From assembly GCA_020048155.1 (NCBI GenBank), contig JAIFMY010000061.1, positions 1-60,984 of the forward strand: a stretch of 60,984 bases of DNA, given 5' to 3'. The notes below the pieces were generated by a model. That model was not told where the DNA came from. It did no database searches and saw only the letters and a list, made by a program, of their open reading frames with translations. The DNA is from Bacteroidota bacterium (lineage in GTDB: Bacteria; Bacteroidota; Bacteroidia; Bacteroidales; DYOH01). The translations under genes were made by a program, and so were the position numbers. Positions 57,198 to 60,984 of the stretch are shown here, piece after piece. Numbering within the stretch: position 1 is the first letter of the stretch; the number at the start of each line of letters is the position of its first letter.

Positions 57198-58451
57198 ATG
57201 ACCAGCCGACGTAAATTTATATCAAACAGCATTTTAGCAGGCTCAAGCTTGCTTATTGCCCCATCTTGGGTGAACGGGCTTTTGGCACAATCAAACACCA
57301 ACGACGATTTTGTAAAACAAGCCAAAGAGTTGCACAAACAAATACTTACCCTCGATTCGCATGCAGACACCCCCTTGTGGATGAGCAACAAAAAATACGA
57401 TTTTGAGCAAAACAATAGCAGTTTGCAAGGCTCAAAAGTAGATTTAATGCGTATGCAGGAAGGCGGGCTCTGGTCGGTATTTTTTGCAGTGTTTTTAGGC
57501 CAAACCGAACTAACCCCCGAAAACAGAGAAAAAGCATACAACGATGCCAACAATATTTTCGACCTCATAAACACCAAAATAAATCAGAACATACAAGGTG
57601 CTGCCTTGGCCTACGAACCGGAAGATGCTCTGAAACTCAAAAAACTCGGGAAACGAGCCATATACTTGGGTATGGAAAATGGTTTTCCCATAGGATTAGA
57701 CTTGAGTCGTATTGCCCATTTTTACAAAAAAGGAGCACGCTACATCACCCTTTGCCACTCTTGGAACAATGATATTTGCGACTCATCTACCGACAAGAAT
57801 GGCAAGATACATGAAGGAGTAAGTGCTTTTGGCGAGAAAGTAATTGCAGAAATGGAACGCTTGGGCATCATGTCAGACGTATCGCACATATCTGAAGACA
57901 GTTTTGCCGATGTAATGCGGCTATCGAAAAAACCTATCATAGCTAGCCACAGCAGCGCCCGCGCCATTTGTGACCATCCGCGCAATCTCAACGATGAACA
58001 GCTCAGACAAATTGCATATAATGGTGGTGTAGCTCAACTTTGTATACTTAGCGACTATGTGAAGGCCCCAACCCCAAACCCCGACTACGATGCTGCCATG
58101 CAAATATTTAGCGCAAAATACCCTGTTTGGGAAAAACTTACCCCTGAGCAGAGAGATTCGGCTGTGGTTGAGTATTATGCCATAGAAGCTAAATATCCGG
58201 GCGATTTAGCCACAGTAAAACAAGCCATAGACCACCTCGACCATATGATTAAAGTGACTGGTATAGAACATGTGGGTATTGGTACCGATTTCGATGGTGG
58301 CGGAGGTCTCGCAGACTGTGCAGATGTGTCGCAACTATATATGCTTACAGCCGAAATGCTGAGACGTAACTACACTGAAAGTGACATTGAAAAAATTTGG
58401 AGCGGAAATTTTATCCGTGTTTTCGCAGAAAACAGAAAAGCCATAAAATAA
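57198..58451 (+). CDS. Membrane dipeptidase (M19, renal dipeptidase family), Tat-exported
   Basis: Tat motif SRRKFI; [48 protein letters not shown]. Confidence 0.93.
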   Translation: MTSRRKFISNSILAGSSLLIAPSWVNGLLAQSNTNDDFVKQAKELHKQILTLDSHADTPLWMSNKKYDFEQNNSSLQGSKVDLMRMQEGGLWSVFFAVFLGQTELTPENREKAYNDANNIFDLINTKINQNIQGAALAYEPEDALKLKKLGKRAIYLGMENGFPIGLDLSRIAHFYKKGARYITLCHSWNNDICDSSTDKNGKIHEGVSAFGEKVIAEMERLGIMSDVSHISEDSFADVMRLSKKPIIASHSSARAICDHPRNLNDEQLRQIAYNGGVAQLCILSDYVKAPTPNPDYDAAMQIFSAKYPVWEKLTPEQRDSAVVEYYAIEAKYPGDLATVKQAIDHLDHMIKVTGIEHVGIGTDFDGGGGLADCADVSQLYMLTAEMLRRNYTESDIEKIWSGNFIRVFAENRKAIK

Positions 58452-58480
58452 AAAACCTACACCTTAATATTTTAGAATAT

Positions 58481-58897
58481 ATGAAATCTTTCAGAAAAGA
58501 ACTTTGGTTTCACATTCCATCGCGCAGGCAGCTCATCAACATCACTCCCGAAATAAACAAATGCCTTGCTGAAAGCGGCATAAAAGAAGGATTGATACTC
58601 GTAAATGCTATGCACATCACTTCAAGTATTTTTATAAACGATGACGAACAAGGCCTACATCAAGATATAGAAACCTGGCTCGAAAAAATTGCCCCCGAAA
58701 AGCCTCACAACCAATATAAGCACAACACCTACGAAGACAATGCTGATGCGCATTTAAAACGTACCATCATGGGGCGAGAGGTAGTAGTTGCCATTACCGA
58801 TGGAAAGCTCGACTTTGGCCCTTGGGAACAAATTTTTTATGGTGAATTTGACGGCATGAGGCGCAAAAGAGTACTGGTGAAAATAATAGGTGAATAA
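58481..58897 (+). CDS. yjbQ: YjbQ family (UPF0047, secondary thiamine-phosphate synthase)
   Basis: [13 protein letters not shown]...[24 protein letters not shown]. Confidence 0.93.
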   Translation: MKSFRKELWFHIPSRRQLINITPEINKCLAESGIKEGLILVNAMHITSSIFINDDEQGLHQDIETWLEKIAPEKPHNQYKHNTYEDNADAHLKRTIMGREVVVAITDGKLDFGPWEQIFYGEFDGMRRKRVLVKIIGE

Positions 58898-58984
58898 TTT
58901 TGAACTAAATATTTAATTTTTTGCTAATTTGGTACCTTATTTGGTTTACATTCCATTCTTTCCCTTTTGTGTAAAGATAAATTT

Positions 58985-60984
58985 ATGATTACGATTTTCA
59001 AAAATTCAATACTATATACACTGTTGCTTATTGCCTTGGCTTTAAATAGTTCAGCACAACAGAACAGCATTAAGTTTACAAAAATATCGCTCGAAAACGG
59101 TCTTTCGCAAAGTACCGTCAATGCCATCATACAGGACCGTACAGGTTTTATGTGGTTTGCAACCATCGATGGCCTCAATAAATACGATGGATATTCTATC
59201 AAGATTTTCAGACATCGCCCCGATGATCCCAATTCGGTGGTGAGCAACGCCATAAATACCATTTATGAAGACTCTGAAGGCTTACTTTGGATTGGTACAC
59301 AAAACAATGGCGTATGTGTATACAACAGCCTGCAAAACAAATTTTATGCAGTATCTTATATGAACGACCGCGACCAGCAACCTGGTTTCGAAAATGTAAT
59401 AACTATTTACGAAGATAAACAAAAGAACTTTTGGATAGGTACCGCCAACGGCTTAATAAAATTCAACAGAAAACTCAGAACTACACATACATACAGAAAC
59501 ATAGCGGGCGACGATAAATCCATCGCCGGAAACTATATTTCTCGCATTGAGGAAGACGAAGAAGGGAATATATGGATAGCCACCAACAAAGGTCTGAGCA
59601 TATTAAATACATCCAGTGGTATGTTTACCAGTTTTACCCAGCAAAATAGTGGAATTAGCAGCAATAAGATTACTTCGTTTGCCAGACAAGATAAAAATAC
59701 CATTTGGCTTGGTACCGATAATGGCCTGAACAAACTGAGTTTGCAAAACAACAACGGCAACCTGAGTGCAAGTGCAAGATCCTATACTACCAAAGCAAAC
59801 AACCCAAAAGCACTCAACGACAATGCCATTACTACCCTATTTCTCGACCAGACAAAGTTGCTTTGGATAGGAACTGAAAAAGGTGGTTTAAACAAATTCG
59901 ATATTTCAACAGATGAATTTACTAGCTACACGCACGATCCTACTTTCAATTTCAGCCTCAGTGTAAACCATGTACTATCTCTTTTTCAGGACCGTACCGG
60001 AGTACTATGGGTAGGAACCTCGCTTGGTGGTATAAACAAATGGAACCGTACAGTAGAAGGGCTCGATATTTTCAGGCACAACCCATACGACTCAAACTCA
60101 CTTAGTACTAGCCAAGTAAGATCTGTTTACCAAGACAAAAGCGGAGATTTTTGGATAGGTACTGTAGATGGCGGACTCAATCGCTGGAATACAGAAACCA
60201 ATACATTTACTCGCTTCCTGCACAATCCGTTTGATGCCGGTAGTATAAGTCACAACCATGTACGCACTATACTCGAAGACTCCTTTGGAAACTTTTGGGT
60301 GGGTACCGATGGAGGCGGTTTGAACCTATTCGACCGGAAGACTCTCAAATTCAAAGTATTCAAATCGAACCCCAATGTTCCCGGAAGCTTGAGCAACGAC
60401 CGTATTTTCAGGGTATATGAAGACAAACAGAAGAACCTATGGGTGGCGACTTATGGCGGAGGCCTAAATCTGTACAACCGTAAAGAAAATACTTTCACCG
60501 CTTTCAAAAATAGCAGCGCCGACCCAAATAGCCTTTCCAATGACATGGTTACTTCTATCATTCAAGACCGCGACGGTATTTATTGGATTGGAACATTTGG
60601 TGGTGGCATAAACAAATGGGACGGAAAATCAAATAAATTTGAGGCATTCAAATCCTTAGACAACGACACCAACTCTTTGGGCGACAATCGTGTATATTCT
60701 GTTTTCGAAGACTCAGAAGGCATACTCTGGATGGGCACCAAAGGCGGTGGCCTTACCAGATTTGATAGAAAAATCAATCTGTTTACACGAATAAATGAAG
60801 ACGATGGTTTGCCTAACGACGTGGTAATGGGTATATTGGAAGACAATGAAGGCTTTTTATGGATGAGTACCAACAACGGATTATGCAAACTCAACCGCAA
60901 GACACTGAAGGTTAGAAACTACGATGTAAAAGACGGACTCCAAAGCAACGAATTTTTAGTTGGCTCTTTTCATAAAGCCAACGA
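58985..60984 (+). CDS. Beta-propeller (Reg_prop) periplasmic sensor protein, 5' part only
   Basis: MITIFKNSILYTLLLIALALNSSAQ signal, then GLSQSTVNAIIQDRTGFMWFATIDGLNKYDG and many ED..G.LWIGT.GGGL repeats; open to the window end; absent from the ORF track. Confidence 0.9.
   Translation, partial: MITIFKNSILYTLLLIALALNSSAQQNSIKFTKISLENGLSQSTVNAIIQDRTGFMWFATIDGLNKYDGYSIKIFRHRPDDPNSVVSNAINTIYEDSEGLLWIGTQNNGVCVYNSLQNKFYAVSYMNDRDQQPGFENVITIYEDKQKNFWIGTANGLIKFNRKLRTTHTYRNIAGDDKSIAGNYISRIEEDEEGNIWIATNKGLSILNTSSGMFTSFTQQNSGISSNKITSFARQDKNTIWLGTDNGLNKLSLQNNNGNLSASARSYTTKANNPKALNDNAITTLFLDQTKLLWIGTEKGGLNKFDISTDEFTSYTHDPTFNFSLSVNHVLSLFQDRTGVLWVGTSLGGINKWNRTVEGLDIFRHNPYDSNSLSTSQVRSVYQDKSGDFWIGTVDGGLNRWNTETNTFTRFLHNPFDAGSISHNHVRTILEDSFGNFWVGTDGGGLNLFDRKTLKFKVFKSNPNVPGSLSNDRIFRVYEDKQKNLWVATYGGGLNLYNRKENTFTAFKNSSADPNSLSNDMVTSIIQDRDGIYWIGTFGGGINKWDGKSNKFEAFKSLDNDTNSLGDNRVYSVFEDSEGILWMGTKGGGLTRFDRKINLFTRINEDDGLPNDVVMGILEDNEGFLWMSTNNGLCKLNRKTLKVRNYDVKDGLQSNEFLVGSFHKAN

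Noticed and set aside
1685-60900. Numerous 60-210 aa antisense or alternate-frame ORFs in the track (e.g. 1685-2317, 18487-19065, 36199-36732, 57080-57577, 58924-59262)
   Set aside because: All lie essentially within well-supported genes on another frame or strand and show no motifs.
1-60984. rRNA, tRNA, IS elements, integrases, prophage genes, invertible promoters
   Set aside because: No such sequence signatures, recombinase genes or long flanking inverted repeats were seen by eye; tRNAscan, Rfam and ISfinder were not run.

Overview
About 61 kb of chromosomal DNA from an AT-rich Bacteroidota bacterium, probably Bacteroidales/Marinilabiliales-like. Evidence: TAnnTTTG -7 promoter boxes, A/T-rich non-Shine-Dalgarno starts, a T9SS cargo gene, a PorE-like protein, GH92 and beta-propeller/Y_Y_Y sensors. 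I annotate 48 coding loci, including two truncated by the window edges and one frameshifted. I found no rRNA, tRNA, CRISPR array, integrase or transposase. Housekeeping and metabolic genes: YbhG/F/S/R-like efflux operon, satP, ggt, amidohydrolase, ppk1, pepD, S41, S9 and M19 peptidases, pnuC with a NadR-like kinase, CDF, queE, thpR, GT9, DnaQ-like exonuclease, FAH, ABC1 kinase and yjbQ. Signalling genes are unusually dense: three propeller sensors (PAS-SpoIIE phosphatase, histidine kinase, one truncated), a REC-class III nucleotide cyclase, SiaB kinase, two SiaC proteins, a STAS-like protein and a TonB-receptor/YfiR pair, with no diguanylate cyclase in the window. Best candidates for new biology: (1) a three-gene operon of lipoprotein + small secreted protein + TerB/FHA-like/ABCG-type transporter with a very large periplasmic loop, next to siaBC; (2) Sia and Yfi modules apparently rewired away from c-di-GMP; (3) a cyclase with Gln at the adenine-specifying Lys position, in an operon with ppk1; (4) an RlmL-like methyltransferase lacking its NPPY motif; (5) a T9SS adhesin with an internal deletion whose frameshift swaps the secretion tail for a TM-like tail. 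All calls come from motif recognition by eye; no database searches were run.
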